The translations under genes and the position numbers were made by a program. Shown here one piece after another: positions 1-11,355 of a stretch of 64,000 nucleotides of DNA (position 1 is its first letter; every line of letters begins with the position of its first letter). This DNA is from Amphiscolops sp. MND2022 (Eukaryota), in the NCBI GenBank assembly GCA_964187785.1, contig OZ076410.1, positions 20,708,001 to 20,772,000 on the forward strand. The letters run 5' to 3'. Below the pieces are notes generated by a model. The model did not search any database and was not told where the DNA came from. It worked only from the letters and a program-made list of their open reading frames with translations.

Positions 1-1270
1 TACTTGACGTGTGTCGTTGTTTGTTCTCATTGTTTCTTTTGTTTGTCCAATAAATTGAATCTTGTTGTCATTAACGTCTTCGTATTCAGCTTTTCCACCT
101 TTGAGACATTCTTGAGTAAATGATGTGGTATCACTGGTGATTGGATACTTATCATGAATTTCATTGGCGCAATGTTAACCAATAGTGTTACGTGAAAGTA
201 GTCTGTTTTCGTTTTTTGTTGTTTACCTCTGGACTTTAGAATAACCCCAATTATCCCTTCGGCTATTGATGTTGCTTTATCCACATGTTGTATCCTTTTG
301 AAAAGCCGAAACATCTCTACTTATTGCCCGATCTCTTTTACAATTTCCGCATCCAACCGTTGTGACTGGGCCATTGTGTTGTCTGGTCCAGGTTGGTTCC
401 GCACCGGTTATTTTTATACTGTTCCCTTTGGTAATCCGGTCGCCTTTTACTTCTGCCTTACGTGGAGTTTTCGGACCATTTGTTTTACTGTAGTCTTTCC
501 TAGACGTGCTCTATAATCCTCCCCTTGTTTGAATGATTGGAATCGTTTATATTATTCTTGGAATGCACTTGTATTCGTGGATAATGTCTGTTATCGTTCC
601 AATTATTTAGTTCTTAATCTTCGGCGGATCTTCTGATAAGTGAAGTTTTGAAGCTATTAACTCTGCTGGTGTAACGTTGTTAAACTCACAATTGTTTTCC
701 GTTTGTAGTATTCTTGTCCATTTATCATCAGCTGTCTTGTTTGGTTCTCTCACAACCCCGAAGACGTCAGCTCTACTATGAGTTTTATTCCTTTCTGGAA
801 AGAAATGGAGTCTAAGTAACGATTATAAGTGGTGTATGTTCATTTTGTTTGGTTCATTATTCCTCACAGTCGTTTTCATCTCTGGAACTGCGGCTTCTCT
901 TAACGCCCAAATGAAATTTTTCTCTAGTTTCCGACTCGTCTCTATTTTCGTGTATCATTTTTTGTCAGCTGTCATTGCATTTAGGTCTATGTTCTGCGTC
1001 TTCTTGACGTCTTCAATAAACCTTCGCCACCATAACTTCTCTTCTTGTATGGTCTTCTTATAATATCGGTAGTATAATTTTTGGTGGGTTTTGTTTTTTC
1101 TCTCCTGATTCCTCACTCAAAGAACTCTTGCCCGTCGATTCTGTTAAGTCACTCATGTTGTAAATCACTCAATACCAGAGTTAATTGGATTGTTATACTA
1201 TATTCTATACTTGTTTACTGTATAAATGGGATGGATAATGGTTTAGGTAGGTACGTTACATAACAATGTA
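1..1270 (-). mobile_element. Degenerate Ty3/Gypsy 5' part (putative short LTR, gag, protease), running off the left edge of the window
   Basis: Minus-strand fragments read LWWRRFIEDVKKTQNIDLN (gag-like, also seen at 40300-40500) and VNIAPMKFMISIQSPVIP (decayed V-N-G...F-x-x-D-T-G-S-P-V protease motif). There are many stops and frameshifts. A TGGTA PBS-like motif lies at ~1173-1177 upstream of a candidate ATG. Boundaries are approximate. Confidence 0.65.
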
Positions 1271-2346
1271 TTAAGGTTAGACAATTACATAATAGGATGA
1301 CCTCTAATGATTAAGATTTATCAATAATAAATCACACCATGCCACCGAGAAAACATTGCGAAAATGAGGTTAGTCTCGTCTGAGACAGACCATCAGAGCA
1401 AAGACCTTTAGATAAGGCTCCCGGAGCCTTCGATGCGGACAACCAATTTACTGATTAATTTCCTGTCAGAAACTCAAAGAAGCAGCCTTGGACTCATGGT
1501 CAATTTGGCGTTGGTTTGTCAGCCAAAATTTTGTTTGAGCATGTTTAGCTGGAGGTTATAAACGCATTGGTTTCACTACAGAAGCGGTGTCATTTATGAC
1601 GTCATGTATGTGACAAAAATTATTTTATATAGAAAGTTGTGTTTTTTTACTCCGCTTTATATTTTTTGTTAGAACATATCTTTTGTTAGAGCTATTCATA
1701 TGTTCTTCACTACCTCAGACAATCTTTTTGGCACCTCAAGCAAGCGGTTGCAAAACTCAATCAAGAGGCGTAGTGACACTATGATATTTTTCGTATATAA
1801 AAACAAGTCTTCAGGAAAAAAAGAATTGCAGTATTCGATCGTTAAAAAACGAAAAGGCAACGAAATAGTCTCATTTTGATTGACTCTATGGATCTGAAAA
1901 CGCAGCGTTACAGTTTGCTGCCATTTTACTGTAAAGTGACAAAAGTGGCAAAAGACCTTCACATGACCGGAGAAGTGAAAACTTTGGAAACACACAAATT
2001 TTATCTTTATAATTTGGTGATAAAAACAGAAATAATTCGCTTTCCGAAAAAAAAACAAAAAGTAATAAACTCATTTGCAAATTATTTTCACTCACTTTTT
2101 GTATATTTTGCACGATTCATTTTATGAAAAAAGAACCTAAAATAAACTCAGATTTGAACTAAACGCCTTCCAACCTTTTTAGTTGGGAAACTTCTCAATT
2201 CCACTTGTTTTTACAGACTACTCTACATTATACTTTGCTGTTGCAATTTTAAATTTGCTGTTTGAAACTTTGTTTACAATTTTACTGTAATAAAGTGCCA
2301 TTTTTGTATCTTTGATGTATTCTTGCATTGCTGGGGTCGCCGTTAC

Positions 2347-2633
2347 CTAGCCTTCCAATCCCGAGCAACTGAAAAATTTCCATGCAGGACATAAACTTCC
2401 GAAATAAACGCCCATCGTTGTTTCTTCTCGTAGTAAAGACAGCTAGCTGCAGTTGCCACGATGTCTCTACCAACTACAACACCGCCGCAAGTTTGCTCGC
2501 CCTCTTTCGGTACCAGAACATAAAATGGATAAGGTTCCGATGCTTCTCTAGGGATGCTCCCTGAAAGTTCGCCAACTAAAACTGCATAGCCCACAAACCA
2601 ACACAAATGTAACGAAGGTTCAAAAAGCGCCAT
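2347..2633 (-). CDS. First exon of a secreted trypsin/chymotrypsin-fold serine protease homolog (catalytic His replaced: TAASC)
   Basis: Hydrophobic N-terminus, then TCGGVVV...VATAASCLY. The exon ends WKAR|GTAAC, the same donor position as the paralog at 41936. I could not find downstream exons in the window. Confidence 0.75.
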
Positions 2634-2858
2634 CAAGCATCAGTTAGTGGAAACTGTTCAGCAGATTGCAAGCGCTTGGCAATTTGTCAAAGTTGACTAT
2701 CCAAATAAATTAACAAAAGCTAGCTGAGTAAATATTTGTGACATCGGTCTACTGCCTTGTATTTATTTTGAATCTTTCTTTAGAATCACAAATTACTTGG
2801 AGATGCATTTTTGATTTGATCAAAAAAATATTGTCGGTGATGAGCCACGCAAACTTTA

Positions 2859-3683
2859 CCCAGGTTTTCGACCTTTGCAAATCTGTGCAGATCTGCAGGA
2901 TGTTTTCTGCAGGGTCCTGCAAAGATCGTTGCACTGAATCTTGAACAACTATACAGATCTACAGAATCTTTACAGAATTGTGCAGATTTTTTAAAAAGAT
3001 TTTTGCAGGTAATGTTTTTCTGCAACTTCTAAGGAACCATTTTCCTGCATTTTTGGACCTCTTCAACTACTTTATCAAGTATTTTAGCTGACCAAGGCTC
3101 GGTCAGTTGAAACTCTCCATCACTCAAAATTCTCGAGAAAGAAAATTTGTCCCCATCGCGGTAATTTTGATATTTGCAGAATGTGCGGTATTGGTTATAC
3201 ACCGTAAGTCATCCATTCCACTTGAACTTTCCAGAAGTGGTTGTTGAACTTTGAGAGCCTCGTTTGCCATATTGACTTCGTTTTGACGAATAAACTTTGC
3301 CATGTGGCAACCTTCCTGGTTGGTAGATGAGTTGATAAAGTACTATCTGTTGTTGTAATATTTCGGGAAGATTCTTTGTTGGAGTAATTTTAATAATTGC
3401 TGGTAACTCGGAATACGTTATAATAATTTATTGGTCATTGTTTGGCTCTTTAAAGATCTGTAACCTCTACAGATCTGTACAGATTGCTGCAGAAAAAAAT
3501 CATCATTTCGACATAAGTGAGATTACGCACCAGTTTTGAACATTTTCATTGTTCGTTTGACATCCCTGTAGGGTTTCTATTGTGTTTCTGAGTTGATCAT
3601 TTTTTTTCGAATCTGCACTTATCTGCAAAGTTCTGCAAAAATCCTGCAGATCTGCAGAGATTCGCAAAGATCGGAAACTTGGG
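2859..3683. mobile_element. Non-autonomous TIR element (CACTA/EnSpm-like MITE), CCCA...TGGG ends, TA duplication
   Basis: Left end CCCAGGTTTTCGACCTTTGCAAATCTGTGCAGATCTGCAGGAT matches the reverse complement of the right end, CCCAAGTTTCCGATCTTTGCGAATCTCTGCAGATCTGCAGGAT. TA flanks both sides (2857-2858, 3684-3685). Subterminal GATCTGCAG/GATCTGTA repeats are present. Confidence 0.75.
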
Positions 3684-3925
3684 TAGGCGTCTTGTACTTA
3701 TGAGAAAACTCTTGCAAAAACACAAACGTTTCAGCCAAAATTAGAGAAAACTGATGAAAAGTAGCCTATTTCTGAGCAACAGAAAAGACATTAATTAGAC
3801 AACTTCTTGTTCTAAGTTTTTGTTCTTAGGGGTTTGGTTGTTTTTAAGTGTTTTTATTTGTCGTCTTTTGAAAGTAAACGCACGAACTTTAAAGTGGTTA
3901 GTTTCTTTACAATCGCGCTTTTGAA

Positions 3926-4553
3926 AAAAAGTGCCCGACTCTTACAGTTTTTTAGCCTCGTTTGGTCAAATGTCAGAACCTCGTCCAAAACAAAACAGAC
4001 GTCCATAACCTCGAAAACAGACTAAGAATCCCCACTTTGACTATCTTGGTGTTTTAGTTTCGATTTTTTTCGGCACTATGAGACTTTTTTCGAACATTTT
4101 TTTTGATTGAACCAAAGTGTACCCCCTTCATTTTTTTGATATTTTACAACAGAACGAATGTTTAAAATCCCAAAACGTCCCCCCTTTTACAATTTTTGGC
4201 ACTATGAGATTGATCAAAATTCTAGTATTTGTCTGATATTAGGTTCTCTGATTAAATATCAACCGATAATTTTTTTTCTAGAATATCCGGATTTTGGAGG
4301 TTGAGGTTCGAAGATCTTTTATGGTATATCCGAACTTTGGAACGTTTTATCTGAAGTAACTTGCGTTTCACTGAAGAGGAGTCGTAGGATCGAAAACAAG
4401 CGCTCGCATTTGTCTTAGCACGCTAAATACGATTTTCTGGAGCGTTTTCCGAGCACTAAAGGCTTCTTTAAAAACGTCCTGAGTATAAATTGAAACGTTT
4501 GCGCTTTTTGAGCCTTAGGTATTAGCGCCGACTTTCGTCGTTCGCGGCTTGTT
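3926..4553 (+). repeat. Interspersed repeat, copy 1 (DINE-1/HINE-like non-autonomous Helentron family)
   Basis: Shares internal CCCCCTT/CGGCACT blocks and the 3' end TTTTTGAGCCTTAG...GCGCCGACTTT...CTTGTT with the copies at 5043-5514 and 38583-39190. The 5' boundary is approximate. Confidence 0.6.
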
Positions 4554-5042
4554 TCAGCTTATCATGAAGCGCTCACACTTAAGAATGAAGAATAAAGAAT
4601 ATATATTCGATGTAAAAGCAAAACTGCTTGTATGGCGTCCCTTGCATTGATTTCGGGCAAAACAAACTTTTTCTTTGAATTCCACATTTTAATTTGAAAC
4701 TGTTGATCTGAAAATTATAACCAAACTGACACGTTGTCCAGCTTGTATACACTTTTGTATACGTTTTAAAGCTATTTAGAAGACCATCTAGGTTTTTTCC
4801 GGCACTCTGCAGCTTTATTTGAAACTTTGTAAACTTCACAACAACGAAAAAGCTTTCCAGGTATAAATGGTCCGACTTGGCTGTGTCGGACTTGTTTTTG
4901 TTTCTTTTATTAACCTTACTACAGAGAGGCATTTGAGCTTCTTCAAACAGCAAAAGAATTTCAATGGGACAATTTCTGGTCCTTTCGCACTCACTGCCTA
5001 ACTGAAGGTCGAATACATTTTTAGTCGGTGCTTTTCTTTAGA

Positions 5043-5514
5043 AAAGAGTCGACTATAGTCATGGCTTTTCGTCAGTGTTTTTTAAGACCACCTGAACTGA
5101 CCAAAATAGTTCTACAAAAGTTCTACAAAATATTATTGCACCAAATTGCACCATTTGGCCTAGCGAACTGAACCAAAAAGTTTTTTTTCTGTTTTCCCGC
5201 GTAACATACCATACCGGGCGAGACCAAAGGGTCCCCCCTTTCAGTTTTTTCAGCATTGTGATGCTTTTTTTTCCGGAAAAATAATTTTCCCCAAAGGGTC
5301 CCCCTTTCAATTTTTTTGCTGTTTTGCTACAGAATGGATGTTGGAAAATCACAAAGGGTCTCCCTTTCAGTTTTTTTGGCATTGTGAGACTTTTTTCCAA
5401 AAAAATTTTTTTCATAAAAGGGTCCCCAACTCACCAATACTTTGACATACTGAAGTCCTTTTGCTATTTTTGAGCCTTAGATATGGCGCCGACTTGGGCC
5501 GGTTCCGGTTTGTT
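5043..5514 (+). repeat. Interspersed repeat, copy 2 (DINE-1/HINE-like)
   Basis: Repeated AAAGGGTCCCCCCTTTCA blocks; ends GAGCCTTAGATATGGCGCCGACTTGGGCCGGTTCCGGTTTGTT. Confidence 0.6.
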
Positions 5515-7853
5515 CATTTTTCTCGTGGATTTTTTTATTAAATCAAGTAGTTCCTCGACTTGACGTCGAGTGTTGTAACCATTATTGGTACTACTGATAG
5601 GGCATCGATGGCAGTGACGTTGTTACAATTCTGATTGAAGTGGGCGTTTCCCTCTAAGCCGAACTATACAGTTCAGAACCGGTCCTAGATAGATTGTCTC
5701 TGTAATTATTCTCAGAATCTCTCTCTGGAGCAAGTTGGTGTTTTTCAGGCGTTTCGAGACCCTATTTTTCATTAGACTAGGTATTTCTTCAAACTGTCTC
5801 AGGCATTTTTGTCTCTGATTGAACTTTTTGAGCACGGGAAAGGGAAAACTGTCGAGTGACAATGATTTGAATTAGAGTAAATATTCTTACCTTTCGCTTG
5901 TTTAATGTTGGGTTTCGCAAAGTATTGGAACAAAATTACTAAAGATTTCAAACCTTGTTCAGCTAAGGCGTCCTTCCGATGCAAGGAAATCCAAAAGAAG
6001 AAAGCTTTCTCGAAATTCAGGCTCTCGGGTTTATCGCAAACAAAAATTTAAATCGCTAGAAAAACATTATACTAATGATGGATGTAAAGTGCCATATTTT
6101 TGAAGTAGCACATAATTATCCCATGATAACACTTTAGACCACACGGGAAAATGCGCTATTGTAAAAGGTGGATGAAAGTCTAGGACGTAATCACAGTATG
6201 ATTACTCACACTTAAAGGCCGGGACGATGCCCTACTACACTGTCCAATATTTGAAACAAAAAATTTACCGAATAAGCTAGCAACACACTCAAAACAAAAA
6301 ACATCACTGAAAAATATTAGTATGTTCTTTGACTAAGTATTGTGTAGAAACTAGCATTTAACAAAATCAATTCGACAAAGTGATTCATCCTCGGCCGCTA
6401 CTCAATTGACTGAGCTGAGCATGCTGGCTGGGAAGATGACTCAAGTTATGACAATCAATAATAGTTCATAACAACATTGTTCAACAATTGCTAATTGTAT
6501 TCTAATGATCCGACACTGATTAGCAACTGCTAGCTCAGTATTAGCTATGAAAAACCATTTTCGGCCAAAAAAGCTGTTCTCGGCAGAAGTTCGCCTGAAA
6601 AAAAAACACGATTTTCGCCAAAAATTGTATATTTCGGAAACTTTCTTACCGATTATAATTACAACTAACAATCATCATGTCAGCGAGTCTAGTCGAGCGG
6701 CAAAGACTATCTAATACAGCAATCATTTTATTTAACTCAGTTTTGGTATCATTCGGATTTTCAGCTTTTGGTCCATTTTCCTATAACTCTGCTCTAAATG
6801 AAGAGAGTAGATTATTGATGATAGAGTTGTTCTATTAGTTGCAGAGAAATGTTACAAGTTACATCAATTTTTTAGTGAAACGTTTTATACTGAGTTAAGT
6901 TCTCCTTTTTCTCTATCTCTCTCTATCTGTTTCGTCCACCTTCCTCGTCGCGGTTGATTGCGTATGTTGTGTCATCCTGTGATCGGCCGGTCATCGTGAT
7001 TGGTTAATCTTCGTCTCCTCAACGAAATTTTGTTCCTTTAGAGTGCGTTTCCATGACAGAGTCATGACACATCAGTTTCAGCACAGTTTCCGGTAGAATG
7101 TTCGGTCGGTCCGCTTTGAACGGAGAAAAATCTCTCGACATTGACAGTTTGTTTGGACAATAAAATTTTGCGCAACGCGATGATGTAATTCTCACGCCAA
7201 ATCCGCGTATCGCCTGTGTCTGCACGTGCAAGCAGTTTAACTGGATCATACAAATCCATATCATAATTGAGTTAAGTTTCGGCAAAAAATGGGGTTTTTC
7301 GGCAGTTTTCGGCATTTCGGCGGTTGCCGAAAATTGGTTTTCCTAGTATTAACCCAAAGCACCAACTTTGCTTATTCAATCAAATGAATTGATGAGGCAA
7401 CGGGATGGGATGATTGATCCCGGCTGTTTTAGAGTTCACTGCCTGGTCGGCTGCCTGGTGGCAGCGCTGCTTGTCAGAAATATAAAAATTAGCGCCCAAC
7501 TATGATTGGCCGAGCAGCTAGTCAACTGACTGATTTTCTTTTTTTCTGAGGAGATACTGCCCGTACTGAGGTCCCATGCGATCCCATGCGATCCCATGCA
7601 TGGTCCATGTAAAAAGTCACATCCCACGCATGGCCATGCATGGACCATGCATGGCCATGCATGGGACTATTCATGGAAATTGAAAAACTTCAAATCGCGA
7701 AAAAAAAGTTTTGAATTCATTTTTTGGAAACTTGAAGTTGCGTCAAAGAAAAACTTCCATTTGAAAAAAAATTCCTAACTTTGAAAAATTCGAATTTGAT
7801 GAACGCGGCCATTTTGAATTTTATCATTTTTGGTTGTCATCATATCGGCGAGC

Positions 7854-7973
7854 GGGAATAACGTCTAAGGAATAACGTCTAAGGAATAACGTCTAAATGC
7901 TAAACGGGAATAACGTCTACCGCCAGTCATGCCTATTCACAATCTTAATACATTGAATTTAGACGTTATTTCT
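7854..7973. repeat. Short GGAATAACGTCTAA(G) tandem units with an inverted copy (foldback-like)
   Basis: Four direct units at 7854-7920 and an inverted TAGACGTTATTTC at 7960-7972. A related motif, GGAATAAGATCTAA, occurs at 50776-50913. Confidence 0.6.
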
Positions 7974-8107
7974 TTGACATTAATCCCTTTGACAGTTTTT
8001 GGGTCTTATGAGATGTTTTTTTTCAGATCCTTGAATAATGAATGTTCACGCTAGTAAACTTTCCACAATTGTTCTACATTTTATGAGGATTGTTTATAAG
8101 AAGTTTC

Positions 8108-9307
8108 TGTCGGAACGACTGTTGGTATTGGTAGTAACCGCATTAAGTCTGTTCCCTTCTCCATTAACGGAGGCTAACTGATTAGTTAAACTAAGTACAA
8201 TGTCCGTAAGGTCTCCGATTTGTCTATTTATTTCGTTAAACCGATGATCTATGTCATAGTTATTGTTATTCTGACGCCTGGTTAATACGTCCTCAGAGTC
8301 AAGGTCTGCAATTTGGTCTCTCGATAAGACATCAGGGAAACTAGTTTCGCTTTCACTATCGCTTGACCTGTTCATAGTTCCGTTTTCTGTCTGTCTATTT
8401 TGATTACTTTGAGATCTGGTAGTTACCATAAAGAGGTTGGAGACTTTAAGTTTGAATTGAAGTGTGTTAGGTTTAAGTAAGAATTGATGATTTCAAGGTA
8501 CGGTAGTAAGCAACTTGTCTCGTCAGAAGTTACAATTCGTGTGTTTTCGGTATTGCCCGATTGAGTAATTATAAAAGTGTGTTAGCACCTTTCCTTTTAG
8601 CCAATGACGTTCAATCTACTAATTGTTGTTTAATTGCACTTGACGACTGCAACTACCAGTCGTCGCGGGTGATAATAGGTGTTTAATTACTCTTGTTTGA
8701 TGTAGTATGACCGCAAGCACCAGTCATTTCCGTGTTCGATTAACTCAATTACCTCTTAAACTGAGGCTTTACTACCGTGTATCCTTATCATCATAGTGAC
8801 TGCTTTAAATATCGTTTTGAAGTAATTTACTAATGGATACTGCACTAATTACTGATATAAATAGACGAAATGTTGTGAAATGATTGAGTATTCTAGTAAT
8901 ACTTTACATGTAATATAAAAAGTGTAAAAAACAATGGTTAAATGATGCACTATCACGATAGCTGATGACTGATTGTTTCAGTCGTACATGTATAAATCAT
9001 CTGCAATGACTGGATATTCCAGTCCTGGTTTTTAAACGATGCACAATAACATGGATGGATGTTTAAACGATGCACAATAACATGAATGGATGTTTAAACG
9101 ATGCACAATAACATGAATGGATGTTTAAACGATGCACAATAACATGAATGGATGATTGTTGGTTTCAGTCGTTATGTGTTCAACTGTATTGTTCGGCAAT
9201 TAAACTACTGTAATGTATTTACATGATGATTTGTATTTTAGGGAGTTTGATGTATGAATTGGTATTTTAGGGTTCATTTATTTCCTTCATGCTTGGCAGG
9301 CATGACA
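8108..9307 (-). repeat. 3' LTR (1,200 bp) of the giant Gypsy element
   Basis: Begins TG right after the PPT and ends CA next to the TSD. No differences from 22254-23453 found in by-eye comparison. Confidence 0.97.
9032..9155. repeat. 4 x 31-bp tandem repeat in the LTR U3 region (also at 23178-23301)
   Basis: Unit TTAAACGATGCACAATAACATGAATGGATGT, head to tail, no spacers. One substitution in the first unit is shared by both LTRs. Confidence 0.9.
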
Positions 9308-9321
9308 TTCCCCCCCTTTTT
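9308..9321 (-). promoter_or_regulatory. Polypurine tract (plus-strand primer)
   Basis: Minus strand AAAAAGGGGGGGAA immediately before the TGTCATG start of the 3' LTR. Confidence 0.9.
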
Positions 9322-10116
9322 GAGAGAGAGCGAGCTGTAGGGGTAATGGGAAAGGTGAACGACTGAGTTGAGTGGTAGTAGGTGGTTGAGTTGAGAATTG
9401 AACAGCGGCTGAAGTGGCGTGCGAGGTATGGAAGAACGTGTGGGTGGCAATGTAGTGGCTGAGACTTTCGGATGCATGAATGGACAAGGTGAGGTAGGCA
9501 AACAGTGGGTAGTCGGAAGTTGAAGTTTATTTATAGTAACAGTTTGACAGCCACGTCATCCGTTTAGTGCGCATAGAGTGTAATGTTTGTTTAAGCAACT
9601 TTTCATCGATCATCGGCAGTTGATTGATTTGTTGCGTTGTTGTAGAGTGAGTCAGTTGCTGGCTTTATTGCTTTTAAAATTGAATTTGGTCCTGTTTATA
9701 CTTGTCCTTATCCATCTTCGTTTTGTCAACCGTTGGTGTTGCTCATTCTTCCACAATAATAAAGGTAGTGCGATTTTTGTTTTTCCCAGTTAGTCCTGTA
9801 TTTTCCGGGTATCGATTAGGCGGTTAACTCGGGAGGGAATATATGTACTGTTATGGCTAGGGAAAACTTGACTGCGTTCTCTCTGCTGATTAGCATTTGA
9901 TATCCTGTGGGTGGAGTCGTGAATATGATTCCGCGAATGTCCGGTAATTACTTGGGTAGACCGTTTGATAGGGTGGGTTAGGTGTCCATTATATATTGAT
10001 ATAGGTGATCAGTCTATAACAATAAGAAATGGAAGAATGAGCTGTTGCAGTCGAGTCGCCGTCGCCATTTTATTGTTATCCCCGATCGTGTCGTGTGTTA
10101 CCTTATCGCTCCGACA

Positions 10117-11174
10117 ATGTCAGATGAAGAAGGAGTTTTATCCTTTAGTGGTGAGCTCTCTGCATTAGTTGCTGAAGTCGAGGACCAAATGGCTGCAGGT
10201 AATCCCCCGTTAGATGAGAGTGGGAGTGGACTGGATTTATCTGCAGTGCTGATGGAGAACAATCAGTGTTGCCAGTTCGCTGCGCGGGTTTCTGCGTCAA
10301 ACGTTGGGGATCTGGGTTGCTTGTTGGATGTCGTGCTTTCCCAGGAATTTGCTAAGTACTGGTTTTACATTTACTTTCTCCATAAGCGCTAGGCCTGAGT
10401 TATTCTGTCGTGGGGTTGCGTTCCGTGGATGCTGATCCCAGAACAACTGGAGCGTCTATGTCATCTCTGTTGTTGAGACTGTTCACTATTTTTGTAGCTG
10501 ATGTCAACATGACCGAGTTAGTCTCCTACTTGCGTCAGTTTCGATCTTCCGTGGCTACTGGGTCCTCCGGGAGTGCTGATTTGGATTCTGCTCCCATCTT
10601 GCGTCGTTTGGATGCTTTCCTCTCTTCGCATCTCGGTGGGTGCATTTGCGTTTACTGTTAAGCTAAGTTATATGTTGGGGGGGTCTTCTTCCATACCAGC
10701 GCCTGCAGTATACGGTTGCTGTTCTCTACTCAGTTGATGATAGGCGTCTTCGTTCGTTCGGTTCTAAGTAGGTGCTGAAAATTGTTGGTTGCTTTGTAGA
10801 TGCCAACGTTCGGGCTGACGTCATTGTGGGACAGTTCACGGAGTTGTTCCAACGTGTGGAACGAGAAATTCAACAGTGGGTCAAGGCAGCTGTTGAATCA
10901 AGCCTTGGCAAGCTAGGAACGGTGGGTGCTCTCGCCGTTGAGGAGTTCCTTGGAAAACTGAAGGGGGCACTGCAGGAACTCGGTCAATCGTCATTCTCTC
11001 CTTGTGTGGGTGATGTTCTTCCGCGCTCGTCATCTGTCGCTGGCAGTGTAGCTGGGTTTGAGAGTCGCCGGACATGTGTGGACTCGGACGTGCCGCCATC
11101 AGACTTCGGTGAACGGAGTGTGGCTCCATCTGGTGCTCCATCTTCCTCTGGCGTTGCGACGACTTCAAAACCTG
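10117..11174 (+). CDS. Upstream coding-like segments of the antisense cargo region (three putative exons; connectivity unresolved)
   Basis: ATG at 10117 (MSDEEGVLSF...). GC-rich open segments at ~10117-10355, ~10400-10635 and ~10700-11174 are separated by T/G-rich intron-like spacers. An in-frame TAG at 10769-10771 and a phase mismatch at the 11175 donor prevent a clean model. Confidence 0.5.
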
Positions 11175-11355
11175 GTAATGAATCTCACAAGATCATGCGA
11201 GGGGGTTTTAGTAGTAATTTGGGGGGGGGGGGTTGGTAGTTAACTAAGGACTAAGTACAAACACAGTTTTTTTTTTTGTTTTTTTTTTGGAGTTTTTGTA
11301 AGTTTCTAACGGGTGTTATTGATGTTATTTCAATTGGTATTTCTTGTATTTACAG

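Noticed and set aside
4579-4953. 124-aa minus-strand ORF
   Set aside because: No recognisable motif, no clear splice context, and no homologous copy in the window.
6400-6720. Imperfect inverted GCCGCT...CTGA(G)CATG motifs
   Set aside because: Probably the ends of two common dispersed repeats in opposite orientation; element boundaries could not be defined.
9032-9155. 31-bp repeats as a CRISPR array
   Set aside because: The units are directly adjacent with no unique spacers, there are no cas genes, and they sit inside eukaryotic LTRs.
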